Positions 1-11,459 of a stretch of DNA of 64,000 nucleotides are shown here, piece after piece. Source of the stretch: Octopus sinensis (Eukaryota); contig NC_042998.1 of assembly GCF_006345805.1 (NCBI RefSeq), forward strand, positions 205,654,001 through 205,718,000, in the 5' to 3' direction. The position numbers were made by a program, and so were the translations under genes. The stretch's first letter is position 1. Each line of letters starts with the position of its first letter. Below the pieces are notes generated by a model. It made no database searches, was not told the origin of the DNA, and saw only the letters and a program-made list of their open reading frames with translations.

Positions 1-1786
1 TTCTCAATCAAATGTAAGCTGCTGGGCTCAGTAGCTAACTCTACACCTCCTTGGGATAACGAGTTAGTTCCACGACCTGTGCTAACTGTCCCCAATGTTC
101 TCCCTCTCTGTGGCTTATGTCTTGCTAGTGTTGACTTACCATTATGCTACTTTAGTGTGGCTACGGCGAGCATCTCTTACTATTTCGTTTTCTATATCCC
201 ATTTTATTGCCACACCATCACTACCATTCTCCGTCCCTCTACAACTATCATTGTTCTATTAAACAACAACAAAGACTATCTAAACTCCCCAAACTACCAG
301 CCGCCATTATCGTCTGCCAATCTATCCGCCTGATTCATTTACCGTCTGCCGAGTCGACATTTATCGCGCCATCTCTTTCATTTCTTTTTTGTCTTCCTCG
401 TTTATCATGTCATCTCTCATCAAGCTGATGATAACGAAACACTGATGAATGTGCGTGAAGTGGTGGCGGTGGTGATAGTTGTCTGTAGTAATTATTAGTA
501 GAAATAGTTTTAACAATGGAATAAATTTTGAGACAGAATCAAAATGTGACGTTTCGTAATAAAACCGTTCATCAGAGAGTTTAAATAAATTGGGATTCGT
601 GACGACAGAGAGGAGGATTTATGACAAGAGTAAAGAATAAAGGAGGAGGGGGAGGGGGAGATATGGGGTTGTGTCCAGGTTGCAATTATAACTGTGATCC
701 AACAGGTTGCCTCATCTACTCGAAATAGCAGCTAAATCTCAGATTACACCCCTATCCAACCATGACCCTCTCTTAACAGGAGGATCATAGATGGAATTCT
801 TTGATCATTGATCTCCTGGATTGAGTTTGACCTGGGGCTAAATAACAACAAGGAAAGAGCTTCTATCTGGTCGTTCAATCTACTAGAAATAACTGCCAAA
901 ACTTTTTAAAATCAAACCCCACTGTTTTCGATATCAAATAATAGAATTCTAGGTGGATTGTGCCAAGATAAGGACGGGATGGCGACGGTTTGAATAGCTT
1001 CAATCCTAAGACTACCAGGTTCAAATGACGACAACTGTAACGGTAAACCCCACGGACAGCCAAGCCTGTGAGTTAGGTTCAATCCCAGCTGAAGTATTTC
1101 GCTTTCTTTAGAGAAAGATGAACACTGGATAAAACCACCTTGACACAGCTCAACCACCTTCTGAACCGTCATTTTACATGTGAGAAAGAGTAGGCAGATT
1201 TCCCTCAAATCAAACTCTCCTTAATTTGGTCCAATGTCTGCTGGACCCGGATCGACCTCAGCTTAAACAACAACAATACCCAACGTTCGATCTGCAGCTC
1301 CAGCAAAACAATGAATTTATATCAACAGAGATCATTAAAGTTAATGACTGAGGCTGGTAAATGGTATGTTGTTGTTGTTGTTGCTACAGATGGTGGTGGT
1401 ATCGACGGTGGGGATGGTACTCTTGTTATTGGTGATGGTATTAAGTGGTAGTGGTGTTGATGTTGAAGGTGGTGGTATTGATTTTGTTGCAGTTTAGTGC
1501 CCACCCCGTCACAGTCGTTCCTGATCGCACCCTCCTCCTTGGTGCACTGTAAAACGCAAATTGAATGCAGTTTGGTTGTGCATTCAAGCAACTCCAGCTT
1601 GAAGCCTGTTGCTATTTTTCTTGAAGTGAGAAAAGAAAGAAACATTTTGTACACTTTGCACTGAAATCGATGCAGACAGAAAATTATTATTATTTTTTTG
1701 TTATTTCATCCTGGAAATTAGGAGGTGTTAGAACAGAAACGTCAGGGGTCTTCAGCTAATTCGGTGTTTTTACTGTCTGTGTAGAC

Positions 1787-2291
1787 TGGGGGTCGCCAAA
1801 CCCTTTCGACCATCGACCCATTTTAGCCACTTCTCTTCCGCATCGAGCACCCTCCTCATTTAAAATATCTTAATACCCTACCCTATCGTACCATGTCTTA
1901 AATGCGTACCGGGTACTGATGCTGGCAATTAAAACGTTGGCCAAAACATACACGTTACGACAAATTAAGAAAATCTATTGAAGATGACACACTTTTTACA
2001 TTCAAAACTACGTGTCCGAGTATACCGTATTAAACTTCCAATTTTTATGAAATTGTTTTCACAGTTAAAAAAATGTGGAAAAAGCATCTTATTGCTGGAA
2101 TGTCTTTTATTGAAGTTGACAACATAAATGGGAGGGATGGGCATGGCGCTGACTAAGTATTTTAAGCAGTGCATCTGGGTGAGCTGGTCTTTCGCACGCC
2201 AACCCTCATTCGAACCCTTGGCTATCATCGACCCCCTGTAATTCCTCGCCGACCCCTAGGGGTTCCCTCGGACCTCCTTTTGCGACCCCTG
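1787..2291. mobile_element. hAT (Charlie-like) non-autonomous element / MITE
   Basis: Perfect 8-bp TSD GTGTAGAC at 1779-1786 and 2292-2299; imperfect TIRs TGGGGGTCGCCAAA / TTTGCGACCCCTG. Confidence 0.8.
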
Positions 2292-2385
2292 GTGTAGACC
2301 AAGGAATCCATAGACTTTATACATCATTGACCCTTTTCATGGAATTATTGATAATTTATCGACTCCCATCATCTAAATTTCTAAT

Positions 2386-2770
2386 CTTTTATCCTTTTAC
2401 TTGTGTCAGTCATTAAACTGCGGCCATGCTGGGGCACTGCCTTGAAGAATTTTAGTCGAACGAATCGACTCCAGTACTTATGTTTACTCTTTTAAGTTTG
2501 TTATTTGTTCTATTGGTCTCTTGCCGAACCGCTAAGTTACGGGGATATAAACACATGAACACTGATTGTCAAATGGTGGCCGGTGTTGGGGGGGGGGGGG
2601 GAAACACACACACACGCATGACAAGCTTCTTTCAGTTTTCGTCTACTAAATCCACTCACAAGGCTTTGATCGACCCGTGGCTATAATAGAAGACACTTGC
2701 CCAAAGTCTTACAGAGTGGGACTGAACCCGGAACCATGTGGTGGGGAAGCAAGCTTCTTGCCTCACACCC
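2386..2770 (-). mobile_element. Dominant tRNA-derived SINE (family A)
   Basis: Homologous to the full-length copy at 21953-22346 (head, GGGCAAGTGTCTTCT core, CA tract, CAGCATGGCCGCAGT tail). Confidence 0.85.
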
Positions 2771-3719
2771 ACAAACAATAATTCTTTGGTTTTTTTATCT
2801 TTTTTTTTCTGGTGCCATTACTGCTTGTTAATAGGAATTACCTGAAGAAATTTAGTGAAAATATTTCACGAAATTGATAAAGAATAAAAATTCTGTATTT
2901 ATTGATAAAGTCGGAGTATTTGATGTGGAATTTGTATTTGGAGCATTTTGGTTGAATTTGCTAATGTTTCACCGTTGAAGTTCAAAATCGTTTCAGCTGT
3001 TTATTGAGCCCTTGACTAGCCACATAGACTCCCACCCCAGGGGGGAAATATAGACCACTCTGCCGAGCCCTGCTCCTCATTTTATCCCCCGATGATGTTC
3101 TCTATCGCAAATATATCGAATCCATTTAGACTATTCCTTTCCTGACATATCAGATATCGATCTTATTGCCGATCAAATGAAATCAATATCTTATATTTTA
3201 TGGTGCATCAGGTTCTTTATTCTATCGATATTTTACTGTCTTCAGTTTGGCCCTCGGTGGTAACTTGATCCTAAGTTTAAGATTTGGCACTTCCCGAAAT
3301 CTTGTTTTACTTTCCTTCTTTTTTTTTTATCAATCAGTAAATCTTCTTCTTTCATATTGATTATCTTCGTTGAAGATGTGTTTCATTTATGAACGTCTTG
3401 AAAGAAGAAGACAAGTATTCTCCGTGTCCCGTCCCGGATCTCACGTCGCTCAGTTAATCCAGATTATGATCCACTTGTAATAATAAGACAAAACTACTGC
3501 TTAACACCAGTTCTTTAAAAAAAAACGACACAAAACGAAACAAAAATAACTGACTAAAAGAGTTCCACCTTAAAAACCAATTCCAAGAAGAGGGCATTGA
3601 TTACGTGCAATACACACATTGTGTGTGTGTGTGTGTGTGTGTGTGATTCAAAAGATTCAAGGATGAGAGGGAATTGAAGGTGAATGCAAACATGAATTGC
3701 AAATGAACAAAACAAACAA

Positions 3720-3985
3720 AAGAACTCATCTCTCGCATCGCATTTCTACCCTGCAATGAGAATTACATCGGAAAAACAGGATCGAAACCAACCCGGCAGG
3801 TGAGAGTGCACCAACGGCAAATTCAAGTTTCCTCCTCTTAGAAAATGATGCTTTTAGTAAATCTCTGGACATTTGTGCAAAAGGAAATTTCAGAATATTT
3901 CCTTTATTCAAAATAAAAGAAAAACAAATGATCAAATAATACTTTATAAGAATTCTAAATTCGACACTAAACCGGAATTAGTCTA
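3720..3985 (+). mobile_element. Penelope-like element remnant, GIY-YIG endonuclease
   Basis: Frame from 3722 reads ...LPCNENYIGKTGSKPTRQVRVHQRQI; after a frameshift SKSLDICAKGNFRIFPLFKI. Same motif order as the PLE at 5.5-6.9 kb. Confidence 0.7.
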
Positions 3986-3988
3986 CAC

Positions 3989-4400
3989 CAGGCGTCGGCA
4001 ACCTATTCCACGCGTGCCATGTGTGACACGCGGACCAATTCACAATGGCACGCACGCCTCTTGGCAAAAAAAAACTAAAATAAAATAAACCTAAGTTTTT
4101 GTTTATATTTCAGGAAGCGACATTGTAGTAATTAAATTACATCGTTACACGTCTTTTTTTATTTTTACGATCCATCTATTCTAAGTCAGCTGCATTTGGT
4201 AGCTTAAAACTACTTGCTGAAAAATACTGTTTGAACACAAATAATTTTGACGACACTAAATTATAAATGTTAGCACAATTAACTTGTTGTTTGTAAGGTG
4301 GCACTGAAAGCATTAGAAATGCTTTCAGCATTATTTTATGACTTTAAATTAAATTAGATTAAAATAAACGTACTTTATTACTTAAGCCAGGAGCTAGAGT
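3989..4400. mobile_element. hAT-like terminus (truncated)
   Basis: CAGGCGTCGGCAACCTATTCCACGCGTGCCA directly after GTCTACAC (reverse complement of the TSD at 1779). Other end not found; right boundary uncertain. Confidence 0.5.
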
Positions 4401-5449
4401 CGAAAAGGCCTATTTTTTAAAAAATCAGTTGTATATTTAGCAGTGCAGATCATGAGATGTTAAAATTAGTTAACCACCTTACAGCAGCCAGTCTAAAATA
4501 TGGGCTCCTACTTTGCGGGTCATCCATAAGTAGACCCTTTTAGAATTATTTTCTCATTTTGAGGCCAGTTTTACATGGAAAGAAAAACCGGCAGTGAAAA
4601 GGGTTTTCAAAAACAAACACGAAAAGTCAAAAATTAAAATTATTTTCTTAGGTTTCAATTTCTCCTTTGTGAGTCGAGTTGTCTGATTTTTTTTAGTGTA
4701 TTTCTTTTTTCTTTTTCTGTTTATTCCTACCATTTATTTTAATCTAATTATTTTTATTATTACAAAAATTTATTCATTAAATTTATTTCATTTTATTTAA
4801 AAACAAATTTTTTTTACTGTTTATTTTGTTCTAATTCTCTTCACGCAAGGGCACAAATGGAGACACGTTCACACACGTGGAGACACACGTCCATTCATAC
4901 AAGCACGGTGCATAGTTGCAAAACACACACACACAAGGAGACGGAGATACACACACGCACACATACATAAAAACATACACAGACACACAAGCACATGAAT
5001 ATGTAGAACATACATAAAAATGTACACATACACACACATGCATACACACACATGCATACATAGTCACACACACATGCGCACAAACAAACAAAAAAGCAAC
5101 GCAGTGTGAATAACGGAATCAAAACTATTGAAAAGGTTGCAAAACGCAACGAAAACTTTAGAAAAATAAAAAAGAAATGAGTGGAAATGTTACCGGTGAG
5201 TGTGTTAAATCATAAGGCAGTAAAAGAGAATGACTCTCCCCGGACACAACAGAATATGCTCCAACACACGAACTCACATAAAGAATCTTGCAAACTAAAT
5301 CCAAAAACGAAATATTTTTATTTAGTTATTTTTATATTTATTTGTAGAATCTAGTTTAAGGGTTTTACATCTATTAATGTTAATTATCAATATATAGTGC
5401 CCCAAGATGAATAACAAAAGACAAAAACCTGATGTTTGTCCATTTCAAG

Positions 5450-6860
5450 ATTTCTGGAGAACTGAGTATGGGTTTATACAACAAAACGATTGTTGTATAT
5501 ATATATATAAGATACACAATCTAGTGAATACTTATATGTATATAAAACAAAATAGAATGAAAACACTACAGAAGATGTGAATTATATGGTTTAAAAAATA
5601 TATTAAAATCGTTGTGTTTGGAAAATGATATAAAATTTTGTGTATAGTGACATTGTTTTTGGAGAAATAACCGGTTTCGCATTTTCTTTTCGAATTTCTC
5701 AATTTCTTTACCGATGTTGTGTCATCTATTCGTTACGGTGTGAGGTAGAATAGTTCGAAATAGAGGGAGGTAATCAGGGATTTTTCGGTATAAGGGAGAT
5801 AATCAAAAATGTTAGGAATGATTAGGTTTTGTTAATTAAACATGATTTGGTTTTGATAGAATAAAATGTTCGAAATGGTTAAGTTTTAGTTTATATTTTT
5901 CAATGCGGTAACTTTCCTTATTTAATCTAATTTGTGTTGGTGTTCCAATAGCACTTTGATATAATGGAAAGAATACAAATTGTGGTAGCAGTTATTTTGC
6001 GCATCTGTCAATGTATTCACTCAAAGGTATCATTCTGTATTCTGGGAATGCAATCTGCTTTTGGTGCAGAGGGCATCTGTGTCTGAGCGATAATTCCGTG
6101 GAGCCTATGTAATTCTGGTGGTAACCCGAGCATCTTATAACATAAATAAGGTTTTCCGAGGCACAAGTAAAGTCAGATTTGATTTTGAATTTTTGTCACT
6201 CTTTAAAAAGGAATTCTGATCCTTCTTAGAAGGATGGGGCTTGTTGCGCAATTTGGTTTACTACATTTTTACACTATTTTAGAAAATAATTTTGCCTTTC
6301 TGAGGATCTTTTGTTTTTGTGACTTCGGTCTTTGTGACTTTTAATGATCTTGTGTGTATATAAAATTTCCTTTAGTTTGGGGTCCTTATGTAACATTGGT
6401 AGATTTTGGGTGATGATGGTGAAGACTTCTTTGTTTCTGGGGTTGTAAGTAGATATGTACGGCAGTATTTTCGGGGAGTGTGTGTTGCTGTGTTGTACTT
6501 TTCGTAAGGTTTTTTTTATGTCGATTTGTGTTGCACGTCTGATTCCATCCTCTATGAGTTGGACAGGACTTTTAAGCTAGTATATGGCTTTTAAGCAACT
6601 GACCCTGAATGGGAAGATCTGCAAACAAATCTCCGACTTGTTTTGGAGAATTTATTGCAGTTGCTTCCTCCAGAGTCATATCCCAATCATGATCCATATT
6701 CGTCGCAAAAAATCATGTAAAAAAAAATCGCCGAAAACAATCGAAGTCATGAAAACTTGGGAATCCAAAATTTCAGGATTGTGGGTTCGAATTCGACCCA
6801 GAATGTTTTTAATTTACTCATGGAGTCAGCTTGATTCGAAAATGGTATGTTGGGCTACGA
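5450..6860 (-). mobile_element. Penelope-like element remnant (RT C-terminus, linker, GIY-YIG)
   Basis: Minus strand gives ILPYISTYNPRNKEVFTIITQNLPMLHKDPKLKEIL and KSDFTCASENLIYVIRCSGYHQNYIGSTELSLRHR, with frameshifts and stops. Confidence 0.8.
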
Positions 6861-7748
6861 CCTCTAGGAGTAAAGTTGAAAAAGTGTGATGCACTGACAT
6901 ACACATTTATTATATTATATTCTCCCCTTCCCTCCTTCACTATTTTCTCTCTCTCTCCCTCTCTCTCTCTCACCCCTCTTTCTCTTTTCTCTCCCTCTCT
7001 CGTTGCTCACACATGACCATCGTCCATCTTTCTTTTCCTCATGTGACCAGCTTTCTTTTCTTGCACGGATGTTTAAAAGAACGGACGTGTTTTTTCTCAC
7101 TCTCTATAATATAATCATAACATACCAAAAGTAAAAATAGCAATTGGTATAAAATTGCATCAATGACTTGAACTTGAATAAGTTGTTTCACATGAATGGG
7201 AATAAATTAAAAATAAAATTAGCGTGCAGAAATGGAATAGTCCAGATGGATAATAAAAAGTTAAATTAAAGAAAAGACTATTGTCTCTAAAGTATACAAT
7301 GTAGAGAAAAAAGATTTGAACACCTGCAGCAAAGCACAATCGAAAAGTGTCTTGGTGCGACTATGAAAGATATCTAACCAGAGGCGGTAAATTCGCCACA
7401 ATAGAAGCAAGGTTCGAGTCAACGGAGCATGCAAGGGAGTACTCGACTCGAACTTGCAAAGTGGAAATATTTTATTTTTATCTTTATATCTGGGACGTAG
7501 GACGTCCCGGATAAAAATTTAAAATGCCCCCCCCCCCGAAGTTGAGGTAGGCTGCATTGTAGCCACACTTCTATACAAGAGGGAGGACAAGATACAATTG
7601 ATCGAAATTGTAAGAGACGGGCTAACAATTCCAGTCTGTTATATATTTTGAGTATTGTTATCACTAGCGATATCAAGATATAACTTTGTATTTTATGTGT
7701 AGATGTATATATATAGATGTACATGTAATATGTACACATATATACATG

Positions 7749-7789
7749 CACTAGCACTATGACCCGGCAACGACGGGTCATAATGCTAG

Positions 7790-7791
<2 letters not shown>
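7749..7791 (+). mobile_element. Helitron-type 3' terminus (hairpin + CTAG|T)
   Basis: TGACCCG-GCAACGA-CGGGTCA hairpin followed by ATGCTAGT. 5' extent of the element not determined. Confidence 0.6.
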
Positions 7792-7843
<52 letters not shown>

Positions 7844-7907
7844 GGACGCCATGATAGATCGTTAGCTCCTACACGCATTTTTTTCTCTCCTTGTTTTTTT
7901 CTGTGTA

Positions 7908-7945
7908 TCTTTCTGTCGAAGAGCGTAGGCTCGAAACGTAAAAGA
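7908..7945 (+). ncRNA. Minimal type-I hammerhead ribozyme motif, A6U variant
   Basis: TCTTT-CTGTCGA-A-GAGC(GTAG)GCTC-GAAA-CG-TA|AAAGA: 5-bp stem I, 4-bp stem II, palindromic ACGT stem III, GUA site. Sits in a 220-bp element (about 7820-8040) inside (TA)n. Confidence 0.65.
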
Positions 7946-8047
7946 CTTTTTCTATTCCTGAGCGCTATACTAATACATTTGTTTGTTTGTACTCCACCTG
8001 CCTTCGTCTTTTGTTTATTTTCGTAAACTTTCCCTTTATATACATAC

Positions 8048-8110
<63 letters not shown>

Positions 8111-8114
8111 CCTA

Positions 8115-8308
8115 GAGAGCGAAAGGGACTAAGAGGAAGCGATTTTACGACGAGAAGGTTTCACTTTGAAGTCGGCCTGTGTGTGTTTGATGGGGTGTGG
8201 GAGACAGACAGTATGTTGTGTAAGTGAAGTGCTTCTGTTAGTGTGTGCGAAGAGACAGACATACATATACACATACACCGAGTACATACATACATACATA
8301 CACCACAC

Positions 8309-8365
<57 letters not shown>

Positions 8366-8888
8366 TAGATACATACACACACACACATACATGCAGACAT
8401 ACATATACACATACACCGAGTAAAAAATTACGATGAATCGGCCATACATACATACATACACACACACACATACATACATACATACACACACACATACACA
8501 CACACACACACACACACATAGATACATACACACACACACATACATGCAGACATACATATAAACATACACCGAGTAAAAAATTACGATGAATCGGCCATAC
8601 ATACATACATACACACACACATACTTACACACACACACATACATAGATACATGCATACATACATATACACATACATGCATACATACATATACACATACAC
8701 CGAGTAAAAAATCAGTTATCTCTCTCTTTCACACATTACTCTCTCTGTCTCTTCACACACACTAACAGAAGCACTTCACTTACACAACATACTGTCTGTC
8801 TCCCACACCCCATCAAACACACACAGGCCGACTTCAAAGTGAAACCTTCTCGTCGTAAAATCGCTTCCTCTTAGTCTCTTTCGCTCTC
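8115..8888. mobile_element. Foldback / long-TIR non-autonomous element
   Basis: About 145-bp near-perfect inverted repeats (8115-8259 vs 8744-8888) around a CA-rich core with a 153-bp-period repeat of CATACACCGAGTAAAAAATTACGATGAATCGGCC. Confidence 0.8.
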
Positions 8889-9040
8889 ATTACTTATGTA
8901 AAAAAATAAAAGTTTTTTACGGAAATCGACGGAAATCTGTGCTACTACAACCGAAACTTCGCCATATATATATGTCTGTATGTGTGTGTATATATATATA
9001 TATGTCTGTATGTGTATATATATATATATATATATGTGCA

Positions 9041-9079
<39 letters not shown>

Positions 9080-9828
9080 GAATGTATATATAAAAGCTAT
9101 CTCTAAGCCACTGCATGTCTCTTTTGTTATATCTGTGTTGAAGACGGGAAAGGCATAACGACACTACATCACATTATATGCGATCGCTTTGTTGTGCTGA
9201 TGTGTAGAGAGGTGTTATTGTGGTAACTTAATCAGCTAGAAATAGCAACCAAATCTCCCTCTCTCTCCTCTTATGTTTAATAATGAAGACCTAAATATTG
9301 TCTGTAAGAAAATCATTGATAGTCATGGATGGATTAGTTTTAATCATAGATCAAGGGTGGTGGTTTAGGGCTGACCTGGGGCTAAACAGTCAGTAGCGTT
9401 ACTGCTGTTGCTCTCACTTAAGAGTGCAAATGTCTGCAAAGGCACGGCAGCAGCAGCAGCAGCCACAATAGCAGCAGCAGCAGCAGCCGTAACAACAACA
9501 ACAACCACATCAACAGCAGCAGCAGCAGTAATAGTTACAAGAAAGAGGAGGAGGAGGAGAAGAAGCGAGGCGTGCGAAAGGAGGTTGATGTAGCGAATCT
9601 GTTCTCTGGTTAATTGGCCACCGACCCCCGCCGCCCCCGACCACAACATGGAGACACTCTTTGCCACACTCGCGTACAATGCTTGCTGAGCACAACGGGA
9701 ATTTCATCTTTCACTTGTGGTAAATATATTTATCATTTTATAGCTATATAATATATATATATATACACACACACACATGTACACATACTTAAGTTTATAT
9801 ACACACACATATGTACGTTCGTTCTTAT

Positions 9829-9861
<33 letters not shown>

Positions 9862-10020
9862 CATTTAATGTATTTGTACATGCGTATATTTGTGTGTGTG
9901 TGTATATATATGTATATATATATTATACATATATATATACACACACACATATACACATGTAAACCTACTTAAGTTGATATACATACACATATGTACGTTG
10001 GTACTTATATACACATGTAT

Positions 10021-10390
10021 ATACTCTTTACTCTTTTCACTCTTTTACTTGTTTCAGTCATTTGACTGCGGCCATGCTGGAGCACCGCCTTTTAGTCGAG
10101 CAAATCGACCCCGGGACTTATTCTTTGTAAGCCCAGTACTTATTCTATCGGTCGCTTTTGCCGAACCGCTAAGTGACGGGGACGTAAACACACCAGCATC
10201 GGTTGTCAAGCAATGCTAGGGGGACAAACACAGACACACAAACATACATATATATATACATATATACGACAGGCTTCTTTCAGTTTCCGTCTACCAAATC
10301 CACTCACAAGGCATTGGTCGGCCCGGGGCTATAGCAGAAGACACTTGCCCAAGATGCCACGCAGTGGGATTGAACCCAGAACCATGTAGT
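10021..10390 (-). mobile_element. Family A tRNA-SINE, 5'-clipped
   Basis: High similarity to the 21953-22346 copy. Confidence 0.88.
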
Positions 10391-11025
10391 TGTATATATA
10401 TACACACACACAGATATACACATGTAAGCCTACGTAAGTTTATATACATACACATATGTACGTTCGTACTTATATATATATATATACATACATTTAATGT
10501 ATGTGTATATATATTTGTATGTGTATGATGTAGATGTAAAAGTTTGTGTGTGTGTGTCCATGGACGTTGCACCCTGCGGCAGATCTTGGAAGCGTTGCCA
10601 CCGAGGCTGGCGCTGTTTTCTCTTTGTTTTTCTTAAACAATATTTAATCTGTGTTCGTTAAACACATCGTACAGGTGTCGTCGGTTGGGCGCGGATGGAG
10701 AACCTAGTTTCAATCTCGACTCTCTCCACTGATCCATCCACGGACAGGTTTTTAATGACTGTACTGTATATAGTTTTGAACTATTAATAGTGTATAGAGT
10801 AATTGATGTGTATCGCTATTTGTACAGTGTATAATAAAGCCAGTCAGCTTGTCTATATTTGGTAAATAAAACTGTATATAGCTTACATGTCGATCGAGAA
10901 ATGGCTTTCTAACCATTAGATAAATGGTTTTGTGTGTATATTGTATGTATAAAACATCTGTATACACACACACACATATATATACACATACATACATACA
11001 CACACATATGTACATACACACACGC

Positions 11026-11029
<4 letters not shown>

Positions 11030-11069
<40 letters not shown>

Positions 11070-11415
11070 TATTATATATATAATATTATATTATATATAT
11101 ATATATTATATATATATATATTATATATATACATACACACATATTTACACACACACATATATATATGCATATATATGTATACACACATATATATGATACA
11201 CTTATATATACATATATATACATATATATATAGCATATATTATATATATACATATATATATATATATACAATATATATACATGTATATACATATATTATA
11301 TATGCATATATATATATGCATATATATATATATACATAATATATACATATACATATATATATACATATATATATACAGATATATATATATATACAGATAT
11401 ATATATATATACAGA

Positions 11416-11448
<33 letters not shown>

Positions 11449-11457
11449 ATATATATA
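11030..11457. repeat. Compound (TG)n/(TA)n/(CATA)n microsatellite
   Basis: Direct inspection. Confidence 0.95.
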
Positions 11458-11459
11458 AG

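Noticed and set aside
545-580. CTGATGA...GAAACGTC on minus (HHR-like); also CTGATGATAACGAAAC at 425
   Set aside because: Stems I and II do not pair; at best a heavily decayed motif.
912-1208. 98-aa minus ORF that looks protein-like
   Set aside because: First part is a family C repeat; the opposite strand has QACELGSIPAEVFR resembling a decayed RTE motif; no convincing splice sites.
1322-1654. 110-aa His/Pro/Thr-rich minus ORF
   Set aside because: Largely low-complexity (CAC/CAA) sequence; no recognisable domain or partner exon.
9400-9720. (CAG)/(CAA)/(GAG) GC-rich block with a possible donor at 9720
   Set aside because: All frames are short or low-complexity; joining to 10675 gives only a 32-aa peptide of no known family.
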